Positions 30,117 to 40,440 of a stretch of DNA of 64,000 bases are shown piece after piece (positions within the stretch are counted from its first letter, which is position 1; each line of letters begins with the position of its first letter). The stretch is from Perkinsela sp. CCAP 1560/9. Its lineage: Eukaryota > Protista > Euglenozoa: Kinetoplastea. Under the pieces are notes generated by a model. The model was not told the DNA's origin and did no database searches. It was given only the letters and a program-made list of their open reading frames with translations. The position numbers and the translations under genes are program-made. The stretch covers positions 806,001-870,000 of the forward strand of contig CBFFSA010000007.1 in NCBI GenBank assembly GCA_965644495.1. The letters run 5' to 3'.

Positions 30117-31313
30117 TTACAGAGTCACATCCAGTAGTAAGCTTTTCATTTCCACTTCCTTATCAAAGTACATGCGTAGTTCATCCCGAGTAACCCAGGC
30201 CCAGCGCGCAGGCCGGGGTTGTATAAAATCAATGACAGGATTCCCGTCAAGCAGAGAGGCATGAAAAATGTAAATATGCTCCGTTGTTTTTTCGGCGTTC
30301 GTCGGGTCCTTTTTACGAAGTACTCCAACAGGAGCATTGCTGTACACGTACGTTTCCATTAATTCGGAATGGTGAGTATGTAGAGCTCGGTCAAGACTCA
30401 TCCGAAGACTTTCGCCATCAACCCGATTGACGTAAGGCACGGACCATTGAATCTGTGTTTCGGAACGTTCACTGGGTAAATATTCATCAGTTTGATTGGT
30501 TTTCACCTCCTCATGTTTAACTTCATGACCAATAATAAAATACAAGTGTCGATCCAAACATCGATCGGTGCTATGAGCATAATCGTGCATTAGTTTAGCA
30601 TCCGAAGACTCGGGAGCGTCATAGGAAGCTATTTTTTCTGGTTCATTATTTTCCTTGTTTTCTTGACCGGTTTTCGTTATCAATTTCTCCGACGCATTTC
30701 TCCCTCCATTGTAAATATCAAGCAAGGAACAGAAATCCATTTCTGTTCTCCGCGAGGGCGGCTCCCATGTGTTAATCATCAAACGGTGTACCTCTTGATA
30801 CGTATCCATGTTGTAAAAATTATCCTTTAATGCCCGAAGCTTCGCTGCAGCACTTTCTTTCGAATCTGCGTTAGGATTCGGTTGAGCTTCAGAAGCTTTC
30901 GGTCCCTTTCGATACGCAGGCAAACCACTGGAGGCGATATCTCTCTGCCATGCATCCAACGACAACCCGCGATTCTTCCAAAAGTTCTGCGAAGCCTCGG
31001 CGGGGTTGTCCTTATTCGCAAAAGAGGAGGGAGGAGCACCCGACATAATACGTGAGTGGTGCCGGCTGTACAAGTTGTACTCATTCTCTAGTAAAGTGGA
31101 GTAGTTTTGTTCGAGAGGGTGCAGGTCGGGAAGAATGCGTGGAGGTCGACATAAGAGGTAGCCTACGGAGATGTTCTGGCTGCCGGAGTAGAACACCTGG
31201 CGTTGTCGTCTTCCAGGAATCTCATCGGCGAGAGTAAGACGGATAGGTGTCGGCTTAATCATCCCGTTGGGGCGAAAAGATGCGAATCCAAGAGTGATGA
31301 CATTTTTTCTCAT
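30117..31313 (-). CDS. mL46: Mitochondrial ribosomal protein mL46 (Nudix-like fold)
   Basis: ISVGYLLCRPPRILPDLHPLE, STDRCLDRHLYF, ESLRMSLDRAL, YVYSNAPVG, WAWVTRDEL. Confidence 0.75.
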   Translation of the reverse strand: MRKNVITLGFASFRPNGMIKPTPIRLTLADEIPGRRQRQVFYSGSQNISVGYLLCRPPRILPDLHPLEQNYSTLLENEYNLYSRHHSRIMSGAPPSSFANKDNPAEASQNFWKNRGLSLDAWQRDIASSGLPAYRKGPKASEAQPNPNADSKESAAAKLRALKDNFYNMDTYQEVHRLMINTWEPPSRRTEMDFCSLLDIYNGGRNASEKLITKTGQENKENNEPEKIASYDAPESSDAKLMHDYAHSTDRCLDRHLYFIIGHEVKHEEVKTNQTDEYLPSERSETQIQWSVPYVNRVDGESLRMSLDRALHTHHSELMETYVYSNAPVGVLRKKDPTNAEKTTEHIYIFHASLLDGNPVIDFIQPRPARWAWVTRDELRMYFDKEVEMKSLLLDVTL

Positions 31314-31505
31314 GTTTCCAAGTAAAATCAGTTCAAGTAGAACAATGTTTGTGATACAAATAAAAATTCGATACAAATAAAAATATGCTAATTTCACTAT
31401 AAAAATGCTGCAATGATTATGGAAATTATTGCCACAAATAAGAGGGTTCAAAGTGAAGGAAAAGTCAACTTGGCAAAAAACGTGGCTTAAAAACTTGTTT
31501 TTCAA

Positions 31506-31990
31506 TTTTTTTTTGCAATTAATAAGGGGGGAGAAGTATGAAACGCGGCATTGCCTCTATATTACCCAATACATGAACCATGAGGGTCCATAGGGGGGGT
31601 TGTCATGTTCCAACAGATTTTTTTTTTAATTGGGGGGAATAGTATTGAGTCTAACTTTTTATGTATTGAGTCCAACTTTTCCACAATTTCCACACTTTTT
31701 TTTGCAAATAATTGGGGGGAAGAGTACGAATTCTAACTTTTCATTTATACTGCTACGACTTTCCTACTTCATTTCTTAACATTCCCGTATCTTACCCACT
31801 TTTTCCCCTTAACGCGTTTCCACCTACCCGCTTTCCCGTTAACGACTTTCCACTTATTGACTTTCCCTTGCCCACTTTCCCTTTACCCACTTTCTCCTTT
31901 ACCCACTTTCCCTTTACCTTTTTTTTTGCAAATAATTGGGGGGAGTTGTATTGAGTCTAACTTTTTTAAATCGAATTCCAACTTTTCCAC
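31506..31990. repeat. Four degenerate direct repeats (T)n-gcaaataattggggggag..gta..tctaactttt plus a (cccactttccctt)-like array
   Basis: Copies at ~31506, 31618, 31696 and 31919; short-unit array at ~31790-31918. Confidence 0.75.
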
Positions 31991-32105
31991 TTACTAACCC
32001 TTCAGCCTTACTAACCCTTCACCTATACTTATTTTCCCTTCACCCATACATATTTTTTTTCACTTTATTACTTACTTGCCTACTTACTTTACTTCGCCCT
32101 TATCA

Positions 32106-32280
32106 ACTTCGCCCGCTTCTCTCCCTCAACCCCCCCCCCGAGCAACCATTCGCGACTTCCCGACTCCACCCGCTTCTTTCCCTCATTCCACCCCCCCCCG
32201 AGCATCCATCCGCGCCTTCCAAAACTTTGCCCGCTTTTTTCCCTCACTGCCCCCTAAAAATCAATCCGCGCGTGCTTCAC
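32106..32280. repeat. Three ~57-bp tandem repeats (cccgctt.t.tccctca..(C)n..atccgcg)
   Basis: Copies at ~32106, 32162 and 32222. Confidence 0.75.
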
Positions 32281-32542
32281 CCCTTCTTCTAATAGTGCGC
32301 GCCTCGGACCGGGTCTCTCGACCTCTCCACGGCCTGGCTAGGGAACCCTTCCCTTGTTATACGGGAGGGCGCAGGCGCGGGCATGTGTCGACAGCGGCAC
32401 GGTCACGAAGTTGGGTTTTGATCGCCAGATTCGGATGAATGTTCCGAATCCATACCTATCTCACATTGGGGTACCGTGCTCGTGAAAGCGAGGCGTGAGG
32501 ATAGGCACTGTCGGCTCGATCGGCCTCGGGCCGCTCTGGAGG

Positions 32543-35500
32543 CTACTCCTCCAGAGTTGCGATGGGGTCTTCGGAAGGTGAACGAGCAACCATCATGCGC
32601 GCTTGAAAGCGCATAAGGGTTATGTTTAGTTCAGCGAAGATTCGGCTCGTTGCCTCACCTTCCGAAAGTAGACCCCCCGAAGCGTGCGAACACCTCTCAC
32701 CGACTTTGCGGAGCACGGCTGAAGCGCTGGGGCTCCAGGCGCCATAACTTTCGACCACCATGGCCGTAAAGTCGCATCCTGCTTCTACGGCTTCTCGACG
32801 CTGCTTGCCCTTCTCCATTGAAGAATAATGCTCGGCAAATGACCCCCGCGGCAACCCAGCTAGCGTTTCGGACTTTGTCCGTATATTTAAATTGCTGAGC
32901 ATGGGTGACCGCGAAGTCAAGCACAATGGGATTTCCAAGAAAAAGGCTGGGCAAGTATATGTCGCCAGGTCTGGTGAGGGCCCCACCTGGGCCCCTGTTC
33001 CCGAGACTCTTTTCTCGTAGAGGGGCGAGGCGGGCTCGACTTCACACGTCCGCGAACTGATCCGTAACAGCGTTGTGCCTGGTCACAATGCCATGGCCAT
33101 GTTTGCAAGACAGTGCATGGTCCTCTTTGCTGTCAAGGGGGAGCGAACATTTTGGCATGGGGCACGTGCTATCTTCATGGTAAATGTCCACGCCCAACCA
33201 CCAACGGGCCAAAGTTCGGAATTGTGGGGGTGTAAAGGCGTGCCCAAGGTCTTTCGAAGAAGTCACAAAGGCCCAGCTGCTCGCTCCCGTGCCACACTGG
33301 GAGATCCACCTTGCACGGGTTCGTGCATCAGTTGCCTCATATTCCTGGGAAAAGGCATGGGCTGCAATACCATAACTGATTACCCGCTGGCGCGGGATCT
33401 TCCCTTTGGGCCACTGTGGGGGTAACATGTCCTGGCAATCTTCAGAACCGTAGAGGGGAGTCGAGAGTGGGTAGGCGTCCGTGGGTGTGTTGGCCGTGCG
33501 GGATGTCGTACGAAGGACATGTCCCGGAGGCTCGTCCGGGGGGGGATCATTCCCTGGCGGAGTGCGCCTTCTCTTCCGGTAGAAGTACGGCGCGCTCAGG
33601 GCCTTCTCGCATGGGGCGTTGGGAGTTGTGAGAACACGACCTCGGGGATCGAGGAGAGCAGTGCCGGCCTTCTGATTGATGTCGAGGATGGCCTCCGAGA
33701 AACCTTCAGCGTCTGTGGGATCCCAGGAATCTTTGGCAGAGGCAAAGGCGACCGATGCAACGTAAGCCGCGGAGGCGTGGAGAGCTGCGGATCTCAGACC
33801 TAATCCCCCATGGCGCTTCAGTCGCTATGCTTGAGATTGTGCTGACCTGTCCAGAGGACAGATGATTGCCTCTATAGCGGTCATGAGAACGTCGTCTAAA
33901 CGGGAGCAAAGGTGAATCAGGGACTGTGGGGGCGTACTTCTCATGGCATACACCATTTGACAGAACCCCGCACATTGACGAATAAGGGCAAGCGCAACCT
34001 GGGAGTCTTGAATGTTGGTGATGGCATCGAAGGTATCCTCGGCTGGTTCTAGGGCGTGAGAAAGAAGATAAGCAGAGCAGTGGTCGGCGGATCCTACAGG
34101 ACTCCCTAGTATGTCAAAGTTCCCCTGCGAATTGATCTTCTCGTCGGGTATGTCTGGGAAGTAAGAAGCCTGGTGGACCGAGCTGGGGGAAGTAATAATT
34201 TCGCATTTCGACGTATTGAGATGCAAGCCTCATTGAGGTCCTACTCGGGCGATCGTGTCTAGGGCGTCTCTAACTTCCTGCGCCTGGCCAACGAGGACGC
34301 CATCGTCGAGATGCCAGAGTTGGGCGGGAATATCAGTTTGAAGGCAAATGGCTTCTGAGAGCTCCAGGGCCACCAACGAGAAGAGCAATGGTCCTAGGGG
34401 ATCGCCCTGTTGTACTCCTTCCTCGGAGGAGATGAATCGGGCCCCGTAGGTAAGAGAGCTGGGGTCGGAATAGCACCAATTGATCCAAGGGAAGAGTTCC
34501 TGGAAATGTTCCTGTACTAGTGTAAGGAAAGCAGCCCTGCTTACGTTATTGAAAGCGTTACGTAGGTCCACTTTGCACATGACGAAATTCGGGTTTTCCA
34601 TATTGGACATGGCCAGGCGACACATGTGAATGACTCTTTCGGCCCCGGCTGGCGCTGCCACTCCGTACTGTTTGCCTTCAAAGAGCTCGCTCGCTTTGGG
34701 TCGGATTGCGTTGCATACGGCTTTGCTCGCTAATCAGGGTTTCACCGGCAGCGATCGGACGAACATCATTTTCGCCCTTTGATAGGGCGCACAAGCGCGC
34801 CTCTGCAAAGTGCGCCTGTACTTCAGAGGGTGCCTTCCCAGCTAGGAGGTGATTTGTTAGCTTTGTGAGGGATCGGAGAAAGTCATTTACATGTACGAGC
34901 AGTGCTGCCTGTAGGTGCTCTGGGCGTAAGCCAATAGTGCCGGCAGAGGAGCCCCTGTTGAAGCTCTTCAGCGTCTTCGCAACTTCGCGTTCGTCAAGTT
35001 CCAGTGGAGCGCAGTTCGGGGGCGGGCAGTTTTCGCACGAGTCAATTTGAAGACGACGGGGGTGTTTTTCTAGCAATTTTTCAAACGTCTCGTCATCGTC
35101 GGGCGCCATTGGGTCTGACGTTAGGGAGGCCAACCCTCTAGAGAACTCGCCGTGGCGGACGAGGGGTTCTGCTCGAATCGCTGCCTTCTCGTCTTTATCA
35201 GGGAATTCCGTTGGGGATTTTGGTTTTTTTCACAGGCTACAAGTGCTTCGCTCCATAGGTCCGAGTACTCTTGTTCCGCCCAACGCTGCATGCACTTATA
35301 CGCGTGTGAGGCATATGCCATGTGGCCTTTGCGGCCCCCGAGATGCGGAGCTGGTAAAACGCATTTGGAAAGCATGGCCAATAGCGTCCGTGCCTGTAAG
35401 GAGTTTTCAGACACCGCGTTCCGAATGGCGGTGAGGATTTCTTCCCAGATCTGGCGGCGCCGATGAGGCACGTCTTTGCACGTGCTCAGCTGAAGAGAGC

Positions 35501-35606
35501 AGACAGAAGGAAGAGGTGGGAGCTCAAAGTTGGTGTTCTCTGGTGTTGGTGCGGTGCTCACTTCGTTGGATGGAGTAGGAAGTTCGGGAGAGTGGAGCGT
35601 GACGGT
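32543..35606 (-). mobile_element. Degenerate CRE-clade non-LTR retrotransposon (RT, CCHC knuckle, restriction-like endonuclease)
   Basis: Fragments in order: GSSAG..GLRPEHL, RPIAAGETL, QYGVA, KVDLRNAFN, GVQQGDPLGPLLF, WHLDDG, GLHLNTSKCE, LGSPVG, GGLGL, C-X4-C-X9-H-X3-C, RHNAV, RPGD..LDFAV, VESYGAW. In-frame stops at 34230, 33825 and 33042; frameshifts near 35125, 34735 and 32850. Confidence 0.92.
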
Positions 35607-35754
35607 TTTCTTTTTTTTTTCAAAATCGTTTCGCCTATTGTATTTTGAAAGTTTGGTACCTATACTAGCTTTCTACGCCGTTGTTTTCACAAGATACCCC
35701 TTCTTGAAGCCGTGGCACGATTCCCGAAATGACACCCCAAAAAATAGGTGTCCT

Positions 35755-35792
35755 GGCAAAACCAGGCAAAACTCGGCAAAACCCGGCAAAAC
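35755..35792. repeat. 4 x 10-bp repeat (ggcaaaacNN)
   Basis: Copies at 35755, 35765, 35775 and 35785. Confidence 0.8.
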
Positions 35793-36289
35793 TTAACAGG
35801 TTTCAACCCTCTAAGACAACTGTCTTCTATGAAAAGGCTCACAAGGAGAAAAGTTTAAGTCCATTAGTAGAATTTTACTGAACGTATTTACTATGAAGAG
35901 ACACGGAGGCCAGAGAACTAGAGGTAGACGAACTCCCGTCAGCTGACATCCCTGCTGTTATCCATCCCGTACAGATAGTATGGGCTTCCTTTCGATAGCA
36001 TGGGCTTCCTTACTGTCCTTGGCTTGTCTTCACTACATGGTTGAAATTGGTAGCCCGCGGTTCCTCAGATTACTACAAGCTCAGGCGTAAACACCCTTTT
36101 CGGTCATTTTGCGTGGCAGTGAGGGCATTGGATGACACTGAGTGACTGCACAGGGTCCATTGTATGCGTTCCCTTACAATCCAATGCTTAATTTTATCAT
36201 AAACTCGCTCTTCTCCACCGAAATCTCTCTATTACCCCTCCCTCTCTATTGCGCTGACATTATTTAATATTCCATGTCTGAAGTCCTTT

Positions 36290-37222
36290 TTACAGGACGC
36301 CAGTTGCATCCCACGCATAATGTAAATCCTCGTTTAACCCATTCAGCGCCGACAAGCACTCGCTACTCAACGGAGGCATGTCCCGTACCCGACTATTTTC
36401 GAGAATATGCACAGGTTTCACTGCCTTTGGAATTACACTCATACCGGAGTCCAGTGCCCACAGTAAACACACCTGGGCTGGGGTCATGTCATGGCGCTTG
36501 GCGATTTCTTGCACTACTGGATCTTGCACAATTCGCTTGTGATCGGGCTCTCGGTTTCCATACACCAGCGCGGGAGGCTCAAGATTCCGTCCCATCGACG
36601 TATACGCCATCACATGTATCCCATTCGCTTCGCAGTACTTCCGTAACGGTTGTTGCGTAAGATAGGGGTGTACTTCAACCTGATTGACCGCAGGAATGTT
36701 TTCCGGAAAAGCTTCTCTCAAATCCTGCAGATGTTCTACAGTGAAATTGGACACCCCAATGGAACGCACGCGGCCGGACGCTTTCAACTCAATCAGTGCT
36801 CTCCACGCCTCATGACGTCGTTTGCGGTGCGTAGGACTGCGTGGGTTGGCCAGCTTTCCACCAGGCCAGTGCAACAACAACAAATCAATATAACGCGGGG
36901 TCGTCCCTCTGGGAATGAAATTCATGTCAAGCGCCTGGAGCGATTGTTCACAACTTTCCAAGGCCCCTTCGTAGGACATCGCCTCCCGTGGTACTTTGGT
37001 GATCAAGAATACTTTTTCTCGAGGTGTCGCGGTAGCGAATATTCCGAGCGCGACGTAGGTCTCATTTTTATACCCCCGGGCGGTGTCAATCATAGAATAG
37101 TGGCACACGTTGCACGCATATTGTACGGCATCACTGCATTTATTTTTTCGAGATCGAAAAGTGCCAAGACCAAAGGTAGGCATTCGATTGCCATCGTTGA
37201 GTTCGACGTATTCGGCTCGCAT
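36290..37222 (-). CDS. Aldo/keto reductase
   Basis: MPTFGLGT, IDTARGYKNE, FLITK, DLLLLHWP, IGVSNF, NQVEVHP, VIPK. Confidence 0.95.
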   Translation of the reverse strand: MRAEYVELNDGNRMPTFGLGTFRSRKNKCSDAVQYACNVCHYSMIDTARGYKNETYVALGIFATATPREKVFLITKVPREAMSYEGALESCEQSLQALDMNFIPRGTTPRYIDLLLLHWPGGKLANPRSPTHRKRRHEAWRALIELKASGRVRSIGVSNFTVEHLQDLREAFPENIPAVNQVEVHPYLTQQPLRKYCEANGIHVMAYTSMGRNLEPPALVYGNREPDHKRIVQDPVVQEIAKRHDMTPAQVCLLWALDSGMSVIPKAVKPVHILENSRVRDMPPLSSECLSALNGLNEDLHYAWDATGVL

Positions 37223-37598
37223 AGAGAAAACAACGTACTGGGAAATAGAGTCCTAAAAAGAGTGCACAGAGTTGTGTAATAAGGAGTCAGGCTTCACGTG
37301 TGCAGTAAAAAAGGGAAACCAAAAAAATACGCATTACTAGAGGTGGTAACTTATGACCGATACAGATCATTCGATCTCATAGAAAGAAGTTACGATTGCC
37401 ACAGCACATAGGAAAAGCTTTTCTTGTTCATATACTCAAAAAAGAAAGCTACTGTATGTTCTATAGTAGCGTTGAGCTCTTCCAAAATAGTTACAGAGAA
37501 TTCTCATGCGGTGTCACACGTGCACTCATTGAAGAATTGATTTTCATAGAAGCCACCGAATTGATATTACACGTCTAAAGGACCTCTTCTGTTATTCG

Positions 37599-38885
37599 CT
37601 ATCCGTGTTTGGGCAACCGCTTTGCTGAGCTACCCAAGTGGTTGAAAAAATCTTCCAAAGGAGGAAAATCGACTAAAAACTGTGAACTTTCACTTGAAAG
37701 GGGAACGACTAATGCTACGGCGATGTGCACCAACCTTGCCTCATCAGTTTGATTATTGTATGACTGGGTCTGGGCTACAGCCTTACCAATTAATTCTTTA
37801 CCTTTTGTCAAATACATTTCATCTGTGAGACTTAGGAGGACCTCACGAAGGCTCGCCGTCGCACACAGCTGACGGAGAAAATGTTTTTGAGTCGGTTTAT
37901 TTTCCAAAGCTTCCATAAGAAGAGAAAACGTGGATTTGTCTTGATTTTTTATACATGCGCCCGCGAGATTATCTTGCTCTTGGTTTTCAAAGAGTTTATT
38001 CTCGAAATCTCTACGCAAGTGATCTATAAAAATCATAACCTCTCTTGAGGAAACGAAAGACTGCAGTCGAGTGGGATCAATTTCGCCACAGGAGAGGTCT
38101 AGATATCCGTTGCTTCCAGTTTCTCTCTCCGACCTACGCTGCGCATTCGATCCGCTAATTTCAAAGGCATGTTTTGCAATTTTGTGTACACTCTTTATGA
38201 ACGATTCCGTCTCTAATTGCTTTTCAGTATTCCAGAGGTCCGGGAATGTGGATTCAGCAAAGCACATTCCAAGAAAATCGTTGTCCAAGCCTCGGCTGTC
38301 AAGCCCAGATGAAGTTGAGACAGATTCAACAAAAGCATCATAGGTTGCACGAGCAGAGAGAGTCAAAGTTATCATTGCGATAACATAGGGAAGAATAAGA
38401 AAACGCAGGAAACTATTTTCGACAACATTACGCCATAAAACAACACGAGTGGATCGACTTTCGGTCCTGCGTATTTTATCGATAAGCGAATCCACCGGAC
38501 ATAGAGATTCGAACACTGTCTGAATTTTAAGTGAAAATAAAGGATGTGAGCCATGAATTGCAGATCTTTCAGAAGCGGTAAGCCAAGTTCTGACATCATG
38601 CAAGTGCTTACGAAACTTTATATCAAAATTTTGTTGTGCAGATCTCTCCGTTACAAGGTGTGAGCCGATGTACTTGACTCCGTGCGCCAAAAGATCTTCT
38701 CTGGAAGGAAAATATCTCCGTGCGACAATGACTCCAAGGATTAATAAGTTCCAGTACGTCAGGTAGCGCCATCGTCGAGGCCATAAAGCAAAGCGATGGA
38801 GGCCAAGTCGTAGGAAACGCATAAGCCTTTGTATAATTCTGTTGGTAATCGACAATAAGCGACCAATCCTTTGGAAGGAAATCAT
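37599..38885 (-). CDS. PEX3: Probable peroxin Pex3
   Basis: Basic residues plus N-terminal hydrophobic segment; RVVLWRNVVENSFLRFLILPYVIAMITL resembles the Pex3 signature KLxLWxxLKIxSFTRxxxxxY. Confidence 0.55.
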   Translation of the reverse strand: MISFQRIGRLLSITNRIIQRLMRFLRLGLHRFALWPRRWRYLTYWNLLILGVIVARRYFPSREDLLAHGVKYIGSHLVTERSAQQNFDIKFRKHLHDVRTWLTASERSAIHGSHPLFSLKIQTVFESLCPVDSLIDKIRRTESRSTRVVLWRNVVENSFLRFLILPYVIAMITLTLSARATYDAFVESVSTSSGLDSRGLDNDFLGMCFAESTFPDLWNTEKQLETESFIKSVHKIAKHAFEISGSNAQRRSERETGSNGYLDLSCGEIDPTRLQSFVSSREVMIFIDHLRRDFENKLFENQEQDNLAGACIKNQDKSTFSLLMEALENKPTQKHFLRQLCATASLREVLLSLTDEMYLTKGKELIGKAVAQTQSYNNQTDEARLVHIAVALVVPLSSESSQFLVDFPPLEDFFNHLGSSAKRLPKHG

Positions 38886-39198
38886 GAATTTATCTTTTAG
38901 ATTAGAAATGAATTAATTCCTAAATAAAGGGATAGATCAACGGACTTCTCGTTAAAATCTTTGTATCTTTTCCACATCCAAGATTTCATTGTCGAAGGTC
39001 AACTTCATGAGCTCATCGAAGGTTCATGACCATCAAATTGGACTGATTGATTCAATCAAACTCAGTCCTTGTTGTCTACAACATCTAAGCGTCGTAATGA
39101 AAGTTGTACTCAGCATCACGAACAGAAATAAAAAGGCGAAAGAATTCTGTCGGCAAGGAGGCAAGTCAATTTGACTCAAGGACAAACTTTTGTTGCTA

Positions 39199-40110
39199 TT
39201 ATTCTACGAGTTGTTTCAGCTGATTTATTAACACATTTATTTTGTAATCAAGTTGCGTGTTCGCCTTAGGCGAATTAGCTGGTATCCATAATCGTTTTCT
39301 ATGTCTAACTAGGCTGGTCGTAGAGGGGTGATCTACTAGTGATTTGCGTTGAAGTGTATATCTATCTGAATCTAATTTGATATTTGGCCAGACTAGGTAA
39401 GTAGCACGCTGTTTTTTCTTGGAATCTGTGCTGATCGCTTGAATAGTCTTTTGCAAAAAGGATTGTAGTGAAACCCATGCATCTCGATGTTTGACAACTT
39501 CGCACAACCAGGGCATAATGCGAAGTAGGCAATCAGAAGCTTGGAAAAGCGGGATAGAATATGCAGCTCCATCCTTTAAGGCACCCACGTTGTTTTCAAG
39601 AACAAACGTTTTTTCGTCTCTAATCAATTGGCCTGATTGTTTCCTTTGTAGAAGTTCCTGTCTTTCTGCCTTGTATTTTTGTATCATCGCACAAAATTTG
39701 TGCTGGTATTGAAAATAGGTATGACGCATGTTATTATGTGCGCCAACGTATAAGTTCAATGTCTCTTCTAAATACGATTTTGAGGCTTCTTCTTCTTTCA
39801 CAATTTTTTGCCTTGTTGCACTTTCAACCGCCAACAGTGACATACGAAAACGTTTTGACAACTTGATTTTGGGTGTTCCTGATGATACATTAATCCAATC
39901 AGGCGTAGGTATGGCTAAAATTCTGCTTTCCCTCCTTTTAGAGCAACCTCCCGTCCGGAGGACTTTTGAATGCGGGGAACTTGATAATTGAGTATAATGA
40001 GACGCATCATTTCCTACCCGATGTTCGTCATGAAAAGATTCCATGCTGCAAGGGGCAAAATGAGACGAATCCGTTCGGTTTACAACAATGTGGTGCAAAG
40101 TACTTGACAT
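39199..40110 (-). CDS. Hypothetical protein
   Basis: 303-aa ORF on the coding strand; no motif recognised. Confidence 0.55.
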   Translation of the reverse strand: MSSTLHHIVVNRTDSSHFAPCSMESFHDEHRVGNDASHYTQLSSSPHSKVLRTGGCSKRRESRILAIPTPDWINVSSGTPKIKLSKRFRMSLLAVESATRQKIVKEEEASKSYLEETLNLYVGAHNNMRHTYFQYQHKFCAMIQKYKAERQELLQRKQSGQLIRDEKTFVLENNVGALKDGAAYSIPLFQASDCLLRIMPWLCEVVKHRDAWVSLQSFLQKTIQAISTDSKKKQRATYLVWPNIKLDSDRYTLQRKSLVDHPSTTSLVRHRKRLWIPANSPKANTQLDYKINVLINQLKQLVE

Positions 40111-40440
40111 TTAAATATTGGAATGTTATGCGACGTGATTTCCCGAGTCGTTTAGAACATGGAAAATATTTGATTAATGGGTTATTTGGTAACCTATGAG
40201 AATGATCTTACAGAGGTCATCCCTATCCTACACCATGTAGTTGATTAATATACCCCATGTTACATGACTTTTTGTACACACCTGCGTTTAAGCGCAACAC
40301 GGCAGACCCTGTTATTCATGCCCACTGACATGCAGTCAGAATGCTCGAATTTCTTCCCGACACGAAGCACGTGATCGCCCGTAAAAGCGGACGTTTTCTT
40401 TTAAAAAACGAGAGGCACTAAAAGTGGAAAGGACGGTAAT

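Noticed and set aside
31506-32280. CRISPR-like array
   Set aside because: Repeats are degenerate and irregularly spaced, there are no cas genes, and the context is eukaryotic.
32397-32420. Twister, hammerhead or HDV ribozyme assignment
   Set aside because: Only a loose resemblance (cggtcacgaag); required conserved nucleotides and pairings not found.
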